From NCBI GenBank assembly GCA_043228905.1, contig JBHGNT010000002.1, positions 16,430,001 through 16,494,000 on the forward strand: 64,000 nucleotides of DNA, read 5' to 3'. Below the pieces are notes generated by a model. The model was not told the DNA's origin. It saw only the letters and a program-made list of their open reading frames with translations, and did no database searches. Positions 34,086 to 46,826 of this stretch are shown here, piece after piece (the first letter of the stretch is position 1; each line of letters starts with the position of its first letter). This DNA comes from Azolla caroliniana (lineage: Eukaryota; Plantae; Polypodiophyta). The translations under genes were made by a program, and so were the position numbers.

Positions 34086-36998
34086 TGTCGTGAGGAAAAC
34101 CGGCTACGAGGTGAAACGAGGACGTGGGTGTGTGCACAGCCGCGTGCACGGATACAGGCACATTGTATTTAAACTTGTGCATAATCTAAGACTAGGCTAG
34201 GTCGGTGTGATGGGAGAACCTTAATATAGGCAAATTAAATATGTAGTCTAGTCAAACGAATCTCTGTTCGAAGCAGCTGAGAATAAAGCATGATGTAACT
34301 ATGTGATGTGACGACCCTCCTTCCTTGATCTATAAAAAGGGGAAGAGTAGGATAAAAAGGGAATTGCGCGTTGAGGGGAGAGGGAAGTGTTGTCGGACTG
34401 GGAACCGAGCACCCGCTCTTTGTCTTCTGCTTCGTTTTGTTAGCATGAACGCCTCTGCTCACGTAGGAAGCCCGTGAGCTCCCATCAGAGGCTGCCTGTT
34501 GTATCTTGGTGTGTGAGTGTGTGCGTTGTTCACTGAACTCGTAGCTCAGCCCCGGTTAAGCCGGTTGTAATTCCTGTATCATCTAATCAATTGTTGGCTT
34601 TTGTTTGCCGATCGTTTGGTGTTTGATCTCAATCACGAAAGAGCGGTTGTACCCCATACACCTTGATACCACACGTCTAATGCACCCCTCTAACTCTCCT
34701 AACTCTCCTCTTCTTCTTAAGCTCTTTGGTTCGAGGCCGCCGTGGTCCCGCCTAGCTTCACACCCGTGCGCGGAATATCGTGACATCTTTGGTGAACCCG
34801 ACGTGAAACAAGCGGCAGAGGAGTCTGAAGGATGAGGGGAAGCGAGCTTGTTGAAGCCATGGCGGTAGACGTTGATTGGCTAGTAAGCGCTCACGAGGGC
34901 ACGGGTGCCCTTGATAGGGCCATCGAAGCAATCGTCGACACGATATGCTGGTTTGGAGGAAAGAATGTGACGAGCTATCTGGAGGCCTACCGGGCCGAAA
35001 TGATAAGGAGGGACATCCCGGAGGATAGACGACTGTCAGATACCCTCGGGTAGTGACGCCGAGCATCCACATGGAGGTGCTCGAGGTGTAGGCTGGTTGC
35101 CGGACTTGGGAGGAGTTTGAGGGACAGATCCTCGAGAGGTACGGGTTCGATGACTCACTTCGGTTATCAAAATGGTAATTTATGGAATGGGTCGAAAGCC
35201 TCGGAAAGGGGAGGAACATGTCGGTGCTCCTCCAGGAGTTCGAGAAACGGTTTTCTCGGCTCTCGGCATTGGACCGGACTGTGCTCGACACGAGCCGTGT
35301 CCTCCTGCTCATCAAGTCCGTGAACGTGCAGGATCGGGAGAAGGTGGGTCCCCTTTTGGTGAACCCGACGTGAAACAAGTGGCAGAGGAGTCTGAAGGAT
35401 GAGGGGAAGCGAGCTTGTTGAAGCCATGGCGGTAGACGTTGATTGGCTAGTGAGCGCTCACGAGGGCACGGGTGCCCTTGATAGGGCCATCGAAGCAATC
35501 GTCGACACGATATGCTGGTTTGGAGGAAAGAATGTGACGAGCTATCTGGAGGCCTACCGGGCCGAAATGATAAGGAGGGACATCCCGGAGGATAGACGAC
35601 TGTCGGATACCCTTGGGTAGTGACGCCGAGCATCCACATGGAGGTGCTCGAGGTGTAGGCTGGTTGCCGGACTTGGGAGGAGTTTGAGGGACAGATCCTC
35701 GAGAGGTATGGGTTCGATGACTCACTTCGGTTATCAAAATGGTAATTTATGGAATGGGTCGAAAGCCTCGGAAAGGGGAGGAACACGTCGGTGCTCCTCC
35801 AGGAGTTCGAGAAACGGTTTGCTCGGCTCTCGGCATTGGACCGGACTGTGCTCGACACGAGCCGTGTCCTCCTGCTCATCAAGTCCGTGAACGTGCAGGA
35901 TCGGGAGAAGGTGGGTCCCCTTTTGGAGGACGGACGATGGGCTCACGACTGACTGGGCCGTGGTAAAAAGGGTCTGCAGCCGTTTCGACAAACGGTGTGA
36001 GTGGAGAGAAGAGGGCCTATCGGCAGCAGGACCAGAGGCGGCAAGGAAGTTTGAGGAGCTGTTGCCAGGGCGAAAGGAAGAGACTTGAAGTTGGCTTGAG
36101 TTGAAAGGGTTCAAGAAGCGGAAAGAGGACGAGCCGAACTCGGAGTGCGTGGACGAAAATGACGACCCGAGAAGGGTGGATGACGAAGACGGGGAGGTCG
36201 CTGGATTAGAGGACGCACAATGACAATGACCAATTTTCTCTCTCTCTCCCTCTCTCTTTCGGCACATACTAGTGGATGTGCAATTTGGTGGGGGTGGATG
36301 TCGTGAGGAAAACCGACTACGAGGTGAATCGGGGACGTGGGCGTGCGCAAAACTGCATGCACAGATACGTGTGCATTGTATTTAAGCTTGTACATAATCT
36401 AAGACTAGGCTAGGTTGGTGTGATGGGAGAACCTTAATATAGGCGAATTAAATACGTAGTCTAGTCAAATGAATCTCTGTCCGAAGCGGCTAACAATAAA
36501 GCATGATGTAACTACACGATGTGACGGCCCTCCCTCCTTGATCTATAAAAGGGGGAAGAGTAGGATGAAAAGGGAATCGCGTGTTAAGGGGAGAGGGAAG
36601 TGTTGTCAGACTGGGAACTGAGCACCCGCTCTCAGCCTTCTGCTTCGTTTTGTTAGCACGAATGCCTCTGCTCACGTAGGAAGCCCGTGAGCTCCCATCA
36701 GAGGTTTCATGTTATATCTTGGTGTGTGAGTGTGTGCGTTGTTCACTGAGCTCGTAGCTCAGCCCTGGTTGAGCCGATTGTAATTCCCGCGTCACCTAAT
36801 CAATTGTTGGCTTTTGTTTGCTGATCGTATGGTGTTTTGTCTCAATCACGGCAGAGCGGTTGTACCCCATACACCTTGATACCACATGCCTTACGCACCC
36901 CTCTAAATCTCCTAACTCTCCTCTTCTTCTTATGCTCTTCGGTTTGAGGCCCCCGTGGTCCTGCCTAACTTCACACACGTACGGGGAATATCGCGACA
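34086..36998 (+). mobile_element. Non-autonomous gag-only gypsy element (Trp PBS)
   Basis: 700-bp LTRs at 34086-34785 and 36299-36998, TSD ACGT/ACGC, PBS at 34790-34807, PPT ggtgggggtgga. Decayed gag FGGKNVTSYLEAYRAEM resembles FNGKDVSRYLQDYKAEM. No pol. Confidence 0.92.
34787..35926 (+). repeat. 567-bp tandem duplication including the PBS
   Basis: PBS copies at 34790 and 35357; TTTGG microhomology at the junction. Confidence 0.92.
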
Positions 36999-37798
36999 AC
37001 GCGATCACAATGATGTAAATAACTCTTGAATGTGTATTTTGTGCAACGATATGTGATAGATTTAGACAACATTTTATCAAATGATATAAAAAAATTCATT
37101 ATTTTGAAATCTTTGCTTCTGATTTCTTTAATATGTAAAAACTTATTAGTTGTCATTTTTCCTTAAAAATACGCAAAGTTACTTTTCGTATTTTATCAAA
37201 TTTTGGCATTTTTCAGTTTTACCAAATGGTGAGATTTTCAACTTTTTCATTAAGTTTTCTAGAACATGTTATTATGGTATAAGGTGTTTTATGAAATAGC
37301 AAAAAAAACCCCAAAATCAGATAGAATATTCCTTATCCTTCCACTTGTGAACACGAGCGTGTTCTTATAGCCATGTAATGAATTGTAATTTATATGTCAA
37401 TTTCGTTTTTCATGAAAATCATTGTAATTAAAGTTTTTTTCTTTGTAAAGTAAGTCTGATTCCATTCATTGTCTAATGCAATTGGTTTATGTAAAGTTCT
37501 AATTATTTATTCATGCGCGAGCATGTTATTAATATCAAATGTATTACATATTGAACGTATTATCTTTTTGAAAGAGGAAACATTATGTTGGGATGTTAAT
37601 AAGTGTACATTGTAATATAAGTTTCATGCTCTTACATAATGTTTTAATCAAATGTTCAATTGATCTAGTTAGTAAGTTTCTTTCTTTTCTTTGGAACTAA
37701 CACAAGTTAATGAATATTGAATGAACGATTTTTTGAACTGAATATTAAGCTTGTTTTTGAAAATTTGACTATCAACAGTCATTGTAGCAAATGTTATA

Positions 37799-37898
37799 AT
37801 CACTAAGTATTTCATTGTCCAATACTTGATCACTAAGTATTGTACCAATGATTAGAATCACTAAGTATTACACTGTCCAATACTTGATCAATAAGTAT
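37799..37898. repeat. Short tandem array, four units of about 29-30 bp (core atcactaagtat)
   Basis: The core recurs four times with alternating spacers. Confidence 0.75.
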
Positions 37899-39541
37899 AG
37901 ATATGACTTCCTCTTCTTCAACACATCACTCAATTTATAGATATAATCAATTAGTATAGATCAAACTATCAGATACGTTTTATATCTAGAGATGGTCCCC
38001 CCAACTTTCAAAAGAAAGATTGTAAGTTTAATATGAGTGTTTATACAGTTTAACTTGTGGCAAATGCCAAAACCATTGTGATATTGGTGTATTTATTACA
38101 TTTCGTTACATTGCAAAAACCATTAACTTAATGAATGATAAGAAAACTACATGTTTTGAATTTTTACCAACGTGTTAAACCTTAATTAGTCATTTATGAT
38201 GATACTGGATTTAATAATATATTGTGTTGACTAAGCTAGAGTTGAATCGGTATCCGGAACTAGAGCTAGATCGATATTAAGAAGAAAGAGCTAGATCGGT
38301 ATTCAAAACAAAGAGCCGGATCGGTGTCCGGAGAAGAGAGTCGTACCCAGAGTGCCAGATCGGAGGGCCGGACCCATGTGTGGACCGGTAGACCATTGGA
38401 AGTCTACACTTCTAGACTACTAGGTAGTTATCCGAGGAGTTATTGTCAGTAGCTCAGTATGAGCATTGAAGTACTTGTCAGTACTTCTGCCAGTCCTTTT
38501 AAGGACTTGTATAAAAGTGCTCACTGAGCACATTGTATGTACATAGTGATATTTTGTAATTTGAGTTTTATGTTGTTCTGCTCTACTCTGCTCTCTCTCT
38601 CTCTCTCTTACTCTGTGTGTGTGTAATTCAAGCTTTCCATTAAACCTAGTTCTATTTTCAGTTGTTATCCGGTAAGCCGTTTTGTCTAAGCTTCCGCACA
38701 TTAACTTTCACATGGTATTAGAGCACGAGGGTTGAGAATCGTCTGCTGTCGACAAGCAATTCGTCAAAGACAAACCCAAACCTAACACTCGATAATAATA
38801 GAAAGAAGATATGGATAGAGGGATGGAAAGCTCGCTTCCGACCGAGAAGCTCGACATGAACAACTATGCATCTTGGTCGTACAAGATGCACCAGTACCTG
38901 CTAGGGCACAATTACTGGAGTTATGTCGAAGGAGTGAACGAAGTAGCGCCGGAGCTGGCACACAAGGACTTCCCGGTGTGGGAACAAGGAGAGAGCAAGG
39001 TGTTGTATTGCCTCGTGTCATGTGTGCACGATCAGATGCTCGACTACATTAGAGACGCGAAGTCGTCGAAAGAAGCCTAGGAAAATCTGGAAATAAAAAT
39101 CGTCATCAATACCACAACCCAGAAGTTGCAACTCCAACATCTTGCAAAGGGACATGTCAGTTACAGATTACACCACCAAGATCAAGGAGATTTGCGATGC
39201 ACTAGGGTCCATCAAAGTGATGGTGGACGAAGATGAGATGGTGCAGATCTGTCTCAATGGTCTACCGCAAAGGTACGTGCCTATCCGGACGGCGATTTGC
39301 ACCCGGGAGAAGCCACCGTCATTTTTCGACCTACAATCAATGCTGATGGTCGAAGAAAACCACGCAAGTGGGTTGAGGACCACTCAATCGGACAATTGGA
39401 TGTTGTACACAGAGGAAGATTGGCCCCTTGGGTGTCAAGGATAGTACTAGAGACAAGGAGAATTAGTACTAAAGATAGAGAGGAAGAATGAGGATTAGTA
39501 CTAAGAAGGGCAAAAGTGTGTGGAGACTCACGAGAGAAGGG

Positions 39542-39606
<65 letters not shown>

Positions 39607-41581
39607 GGAGGGAGGGAGGGAGAGAGATTGATGATAACAAGTGGTATATTATATGAAGAGAAGATACAATAATAGCTAGGAGGCTTAAGATTGGAGTTGA
39701 ACCGAATTGGTTCTGAATAATGCCATGTGCCTCTATTTATAGTACTCTCAAGAGGACTCCTAAAGTTTCTAGAATGTTCCAGAGTAATCTGGAATATACA
39801 TGAATTTCCTATGGTGAAATAATAAATGAAAGTGATATCTTTTGTATTACAATGCATGGTTTAATGGTAAGGGTTCAACCCATGAAACACAAGGTCATGG
39901 GTTTGAATCTATTTGGAGCCATATCATGACACTATCCCCTCCTTCAAACGACGAGTGTTACGATTCGTCTTTGATTGAGGATCTGGTTTGTCCGAATATT
40001 GACGATGGAAGTCTTAAAGAAGAGCTCGAGCATTCGCCAAATTCGTCATTGGTTCCCAAGTATGCTCACTTGGACTATATCAAAGGCAATGGACCAAATA
40101 ATAGAGCTTGTTGTGAACAATCTTGGAGTCGAGGATGACAACAGCCTCGTACTCAAGTCCATCTTCAAGTTCGATCAGGGTAGAGGTGGTGTAATAAGAT
40201 CCGGGATAGTGTTTTCCTTATAGGGTTCTAGGAGAGGACTATGAAATACCGGATGCATCCGTAGTTTTGGAGGTAGATCAAGGCGAAAAGTAACATCATT
40301 AATTTTTCCGTTAATATGGAAAGGGCCTAATTGTCGATAATCTAGTTTGTCACACGGTCGAGTAGTCTTGATGTGTCGTTGTTATAGCCATACCCGATCT
40401 CCAATATTAAAAGAGGATTGAAGCCGATGATGATCCGCATAGTCCTGTGTTTGCTGGGCGCGATGTAGGTGGGTAAATATTTCTGCCTGAATTTGTCGTA
40501 ACTGCTCCAAATGAACCTTTGCACTCGGATTTGTAGGTATTTGAAGATTTTCTATCACACACAAGCGAGGATGATTCCTGATATAAGCAAAGTGTAGAAT
40601 ATTTACCCAATCATCTTGTTGATAGCTTAGGAAACACTGAAGATATTGTTCCAACATTTTAGTACTACGAAAATGTCTGGCTATGTATATCTCATGACAA
40701 TTTTGTACTATTTGAAGGCGGCATGAACCATTGGGAACATACAAAAGTTTCTTAAAGAGGAGTAATCCATTATGACATTTGAATTGCTAATAATCTATAC
40801 CTGGCTGTTGTGATCGTGAACAAGATGCCCGAGAAGGATCGATTTGATCTAGAATACCTTGAGCGAAAACATCCGTCTTCAAATCTTCATGTATGGTATC
40901 GATAATGCAAGAATCCAATTGAGTGTCAAAGACTTGCTTGAAGTCATGCTGAACCTAGGATTACTTGCTTTTGATTGTCAAAGGCCGGATCACTAGGACG
41001 AGGATCTAGATACGAGCGTTGTGATAATGCATCCGCCTTCCCCTGTTGCTTTCCCAGACGATATGTAATCTTGAAGTGAAAACAAGTGAGGAATTAGGCC
41101 CACCAAGCTTGTCGTCTATTTAATATGCGAGCATTTTGGAAGTAGGCAAGATTCTTGTGATCATTGAATAGAGTGACTTGATGAGGAGATTCTTCTTAAA
41201 AATGCCTCCATTGTGCAAAAGAATCCACTATTGCGAAGAGCTCCTTGTCATGTATCTTGTAGTTGATTTCGGCGACGTCAAATTTGCGCGAGTGGAAAGT
41301 CAAGTGATGTAGCTTCTCATCATTACCTTGCTGTGACAAAATACTAATGAGGGTGAAATCGGACGCGTCTGCTTCAATGATAAATGGTTTTTGTGGATCA
41401 ACATGAGCTAAAACATGAGCTGATGTAAATGCTTTCTTGAGACCCTTAATAGTTGTGTCTGCTTCCTTAGTCCAAACAAACGATTGCCCCTTCTTTGTAA
41501 GCTATGTGAGCGGCAAAATAAGCTTTGAGTAGTCCTATATAAACTGTATAAACTTGCGAATCCTAAAAAGCATTGCACATC

Positions 41582-42300
41582 TCACAATGAATGTGGAGTT
41601 TGCCACTCCAACACAATTTGGACTTTAGCTGGATCCATAGAGATGCCTTCCAATAAGATGACATAGCCTAGAAATTCCACTTGGTTATAGTCAAAGCTAC
41701 ACTTTTCCAGCTTTGCATAAAGACCATGTTCTCGTAGTCGTCTTAGTACGCATAGTACATGAGAATCATGATCCTCTTGTGTCTTTGAATAAACTAGTAG
41801 ATCATCCAAGTAGATGATCAAACAGATATCCAAAATATGTCGGAATATATTTTCCACGTGCTAGAAAAATATTGGTGCATTGGTGACGCCGAATGGCATA
41901 ACCGTATACTCGAAGTGCCCATATCGGGTGCGGAAAGCTATCTTCCATTCGTCTCCTGGTCGAATCCATACGAGGTTATATGCTCCTCGTAAGTCAATTT
42001 TTGTAAAAAACTTTGCGCCATTAATTCTTTCTAAAATATTCGAGATCAGGGAAAGTGCATACCTATTCCTAATGGTGAACTTATTCAAGCCACGGTAATC
42101 CACGACTAGACGAAGTGATCCATCTTTTTTCTTGACAAAGAAAATTGGTGCGCTAGCTGGAGATTTCGAATGTCGAATGAACCCGTTTGCCAAATTTTCC
42201 TCTATGTAAGCTCGAAGAACTTCAAGCTCAGTTGGTGACAAGTTGTAGATCGGTACCCACGGTGGCTCTTTTCCGGGTTGTAAGTCAATGGAACAATCAT
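41582..42300 (-). pseudogene. Chromovirus reverse transcriptase, frameshifted
   Basis: [46 protein letters not shown] and IYLDDLL. Confidence 0.92.
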
Positions 42301-43831
42301 ACGGTAGATGATGATGAAGAGTACTAGCTTTTACCTTATAAAAAACGTTGGCGTAATGAATGACACTTCATTAGAAGTTTAATTGTTGACTCCTCCTTAG
42401 CGGTGTTGGAAGGATTCACTGATACTGCGAATACAAACACTGCTTCCTTGCATCCTTCCTCACGCAATTGATAGAGCAAAATTGTTGAAATCTTATGTGT
42501 AGATCCTTGAGGTTGTCGATACTCGTTTTCTCTTGTTCTCCAATCTACGTCCGGATTGGGTAATTCGAACCATGGTAACCCCAAAACAATTGGATGCTCT
42601 GGACTACTAATTATATTAAATGATACTAAACATGCCAAATTATTTAGGACAACATTAATCGGCTCTGACTCTTCTACGATATTTCTGGAAGCAATGGGGT
42701 GACCATCAATGACTACTACAAAAGCTGGGCAAGGGAATTTTCTTAGGGATATCTGATGAGCTTGGGCAAAATTCTTATCCATGAAACAAGAATTGGCTCC
42801 AGAATCCAAGAGTGCTAAGACATGTACTAGAGCATTACTTTTAGTACTAATTATTACTTGAGTTAGGAAGACATTGCTAACTTGCTTAAAGGGAATGGAA
42901 CCACTAATGGGTTGCATAGATCTAGGACTGTCCAACCAAACGGCTCCTATTTTGGCTAGACTTAGTCGTTTAACCCTTCTTCTAATTGACTAAGGACTTC
43001 AAATTTGTTTGATAGGCTTGGGCTATTAAGACTATCTAACACTCCTAATGAAATAGACTTGGGTTTAGTACTATTAGTACAAGAGGCTATTTGATTTACC
43101 TGTCTTCTTGGCCTATGAGGACAGTTCACTGCAATATGCCCCGATCCACCACAATAAAGACATTGATAGTTTATTTTCTTGGTGTCGTTTCTTTTCCTCT
43201 TCCGATAATGATCCGTGACGACATGTGGTGTTGATTTCCATCAGAGTTGGAGTATTTGCTGGAGATGCATTATATGACTCTCTTGGAAAAGGTTTTGTTA
43301 TAATTTAAACGTAGGTAGGCTCTGATCTTTTCCTTGGCATTTGGAACTGATGTTTCGAATGTCGTTTGAAAAGGCGGTTATCGTGTCGTACCACTCAACT
43401 GATTGCTTCTGTGAGAAACTTTGGTTCTTCCAGGAAGCTCAAAAATAAATCCTTGACATCGTTACGTAGGCCATAGCAAAATTGCTCCATCAATGTTTGG
43501 TCATCCTAGAGAATATCAGTGCGAGAAGACGGAAATCTGCCGCATAAGCTGAGGTCGATCGATCACCTTGTCGCAGTCTTCGGATTTTGTTGATTGTCAT
43601 CCTAACGCTATTGATATCTCCAAACCATGCTTTAAACTCGCTAATAAACTCTTCAAAATTATTTAACAATGAGAAGCCTTTCTCTAAGAAAGGGGCGAAC
43701 CATGCCAGAGTTGTGCCACTAAGTAGGGTGCCTAGTAGTTCCACTCGTGATGCATCCGTGGGATATCGAGAAGGATGCATTTGAATCACCAAATATACCT
43801 GATTAAGAAATACTCTAAACTGTGATCGCAT

Positions 43832-44789
43832 TGTCGTGTGGTTTTTCACACACGATATGAAAACTAGTAAAATAATTATTTAAGATTAGCTTAATGGTTT
43901 GATATGGAAAGATAGACATCCGCAAGAGCTTCATAATGCATTTTACTACACATGAAACGGATAAACAAGTATCAAGTTATGTGTGTATAAAGTTTGAGAA
44001 GAAGAGGAAAACAAAATTGTGAGATATCCCACATAGATAGGACAACATCGGATCCTAGAGTATATAAGGAGAGCCAGAACCTATTACATTATGTTTATGT
44101 GTGAAGCATAGAATGTTTAAGGTTGGACTTGGGTTACACTATTTGAATCGATGGATGTGGCTTAATTACTCCTAATTGTTTTGGACGGGCCGGACAACGA
44201 CTGAACTGGGCCGACCGGATTGACGAACGGCAACCAGACCAGACCGGACGGGTCGGGCCGGATGCAACCAGATGGATCATGCGGCAAACTAAAGTAAAGT
44301 AAAGTAAAGGTTATGTGAACACATGCAACTAAAGTCAAACTTTATGTAAAGTAAAGGTCATGTGGATGCATGCAATTGAACTGAAGATGGAAATTGGAGT
44401 TCCTTCATGCAAGTGTGAGAAGGGAGGAGAAAAGCTAGCTCTCGATGATCCATAGATAAGAATGGGCCTTAGGGGATCGAAACCATCTTTGGGGAAAAAA
44501 CCCTAAATTTCTGATCGAAGCCATAAACCCTAATTTTCCTTACGGAAGCTATCTCTCAAAAACCCTAATTTTCCTTATCTATTAATCTCTTTAAACCTAA
44601 ACTTCTGTTATCCCAATCTTGGGATAGATTGTAATCTTTCTTTTCCTTTCTTAATGAAATTTATTAAATTTTCTCGTTTCTGTGAATTCTTAAAGTATAA
44701 ACACACGAATTTGATATCCTCTAGTTGGAGGCCCCGGGGTCCTGACTCAAGTTCACGTGTCTTCGTCATATTTTCACGACATCTTTGGT
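43832..44789 (+). mobile_element. Gypsy LTR (43832..44781) plus start of the PBS linker, rest deleted; inserted in chromovirus gag
   Basis: tgtcgtg...ttttcacgaca followed by tctttggt as in the Trp-PBS family; homologous to 61720..62920. Confidence 0.8.
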
Positions 44790-45980
44790 TCAAACTTCAT
44801 AGGAAGACCGATCTTGGGTTCTTTCGGAGTCCATTGAGTGCTTGATCCTTGTTGTTGTAGTGACACAATAGTTGTTTCAAGTTGTTGTACACGTCACGTC
44901 AATTCTCCATGTTATTGTTGTTTTTCTAGAGCTATTTGTTGAAGATTCCCCAACAGACATTGATTTTCTTGTTCTAGTGCTACAAACTCCTATTTTAAGC
45001 ACTGGAGCTCCGAGAAAACAAATTGGTATTCTTGAGCGCTAATCGTTGCCATGTAGTGTGAAGGGTAAGAGGATTAGTATGAAGGGAAGGAGGGATGTGA
45101 AATTTAGTTCTGTAAAAACAAATAGCGTGCGGAAGCAATGAAGAACAGAAAACAGAAAACAGAGAACGGGTTTAATGGAGAGCTTAACAGTACGCTGGAG
45201 AGACAGAGAGAAAAACTCTATTAAAAAATTATATCAACGCTCTGTACATCGTATGAGTTCAGCGAACTCTTTTATACAAGTTCATACGGACTGACAGAAG
45301 TACGGTGTACTTCAATGCTCACTCGAGCGTCTGACACTAACTACAAGAGTAATAAATCCCTAGTATTCTAGTTGCTACTAGGCTTCCGGTTACTGATGGA
45401 TTCGGCTAACCGGCTCCCTAGCTCACCGACTCTTTTGCTCACCGGGTGCTTACCGGGTCGCCGATCCGTCTCGCTCACCGGCTAAAGCTTATTCAGCCGA
45501 TCCGACTCCAATTGACCTTGCCGCTCAACACTCCCCCTCAAGCTCAACTTGAGGTCCGGTCGTAGTGTCAACGTCTGTGGCAACCGGTCCTTCTGCCTAG
45601 CTCCTTCTGGTGTTACTCCGCCTTGCTCGTGCTCCTCGTCTGGTCCAGTTCTGTTTGCTGCGACCCCTCTTGTTCTACGCACTTCGACCTCCTCGGTCGG
45701 CTTGTTTGCTGAACAGGCCGAATTCAGCTCCCTCGTTGCTGTGACTTCGGCGCATGCCGGTTCGCCGATTCCTTCGTGTTGGCGTCGACTTTCACTGCCT
45801 TCTCGTCCTCTTGGCCTTGAATTGATCTGGTTCTTCCGAATCTGTCTGTTGAACCAAATCTATTGTCTCCGATTCGTTCCAGCTCTTGTCTGAAACGGTT
45901 GCTCCTGATTCGTCTTCTGGTTCCAGGCCCTTCACTCGACTCCTTTCTTCTTCTTGACTCTCCCTTTGTCGGTTCTTCCC

Positions 45981-46460
45981 TCACCGGTGCAATCGACAGT
46001 CTCTTTGCCTTTGCCCGTTCCAGTGTCTTTGCCTGTTCTCCCCCTCAAGTGTGGCACGTCGAGATGCTGAACACCAAGCATTTTGGTGAAGTGCTGCAAC
46101 TTGTCCGACCCGAGCAGTTTTGGTGAAGATGTCGGCAACCTGCCAATCCGTGTGAACATACCGAAGTTCGACCTCACCACTTAGGACACGCTCACGCACG
46201 AAGTGATAGTGCAGTTCTATGTGCTTTGTGCGAGCATGGAATACGGGGTTCTTAGTGAGCTGCATGCTGCTTATGTTGTCACAGTAGATCAGAATCGGGG
46301 TCGGCACCTCGATCCGCAGATCTTGCCGCAGTCGCCGAAGCCAAATGGCTTCACTGGTGGCGACGGTAGCGCCGCGATACTCAGCCTCAGTGCTTGACAG
46401 AGCCACTGTTGGCTGCTTTTTGCTGCTCCATGCAACAGTCGAGCTACCTAGGGAGAACAT
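45981..46460 (-). pseudogene. Copia RNase H fragment
   Basis: WSSKKQPTVALSSTEAEY, YCDN, KHIELHYHF and ADIFTK. Confidence 0.93.
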
Positions 46461-46826
46461 ATAACCAGAAGTTGATCAACGATCTGATGCATCGCTGGCC
46501 CAGTTGGCATCTGTGTAACCGACCAGCTCTTCGGTTATACCGCGCCGGTATAACAGTCCCCGGTTCTTCGTGCCGTTCACATACCGCAGTATTCTGTGCA
46601 TGCACTAAAGATGCTCTATGGTCGGCTTCTGCATGAATTGGCTAATCACACCGACCGGATAGCTGATGTCAGGTCGGGTGATGGTCAAATATATAAGTTC
46701 GGAGTCGGGACGAAGCTTCTGGTTCCGGTCTAGGGGAGTAGAGATAGGTCGACATTCCGTCATGCCGAACTTGTACAACATATTCAACACATAGTGCTTT
46801 TGTGAGAGCAATATGCCGTCGGGAGT

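Larger units (their letters stand above)
24420..37361. mobile_element. TIR DNA transposon copy 2 (non-autonomous, about 27-bp TIRs), filled with nested LTR elements
   Basis: Left cacgttcgcgttcacaagtggaaggat (24420-24446) matches the reverse complement of right atccttccacttgtgaacacgagcgtg (37335-37361) at 25/27 positions. No TSD seen. Confidence 0.75.

Noticed and set aside
34758-35882. 374-aa minus-strand ORF with an internal repeat
   Set aside because: It is antisense to decayed gag, and its length comes from the in-frame 567-bp duplication of GC-rich sequence
20989-37361. A single 16-kb transposon from 20989 to 37361
   Set aside because: There is no TSD, the copia gag interrupted at 20988 does not resume at 37362, and internal homology indicates two separate copies
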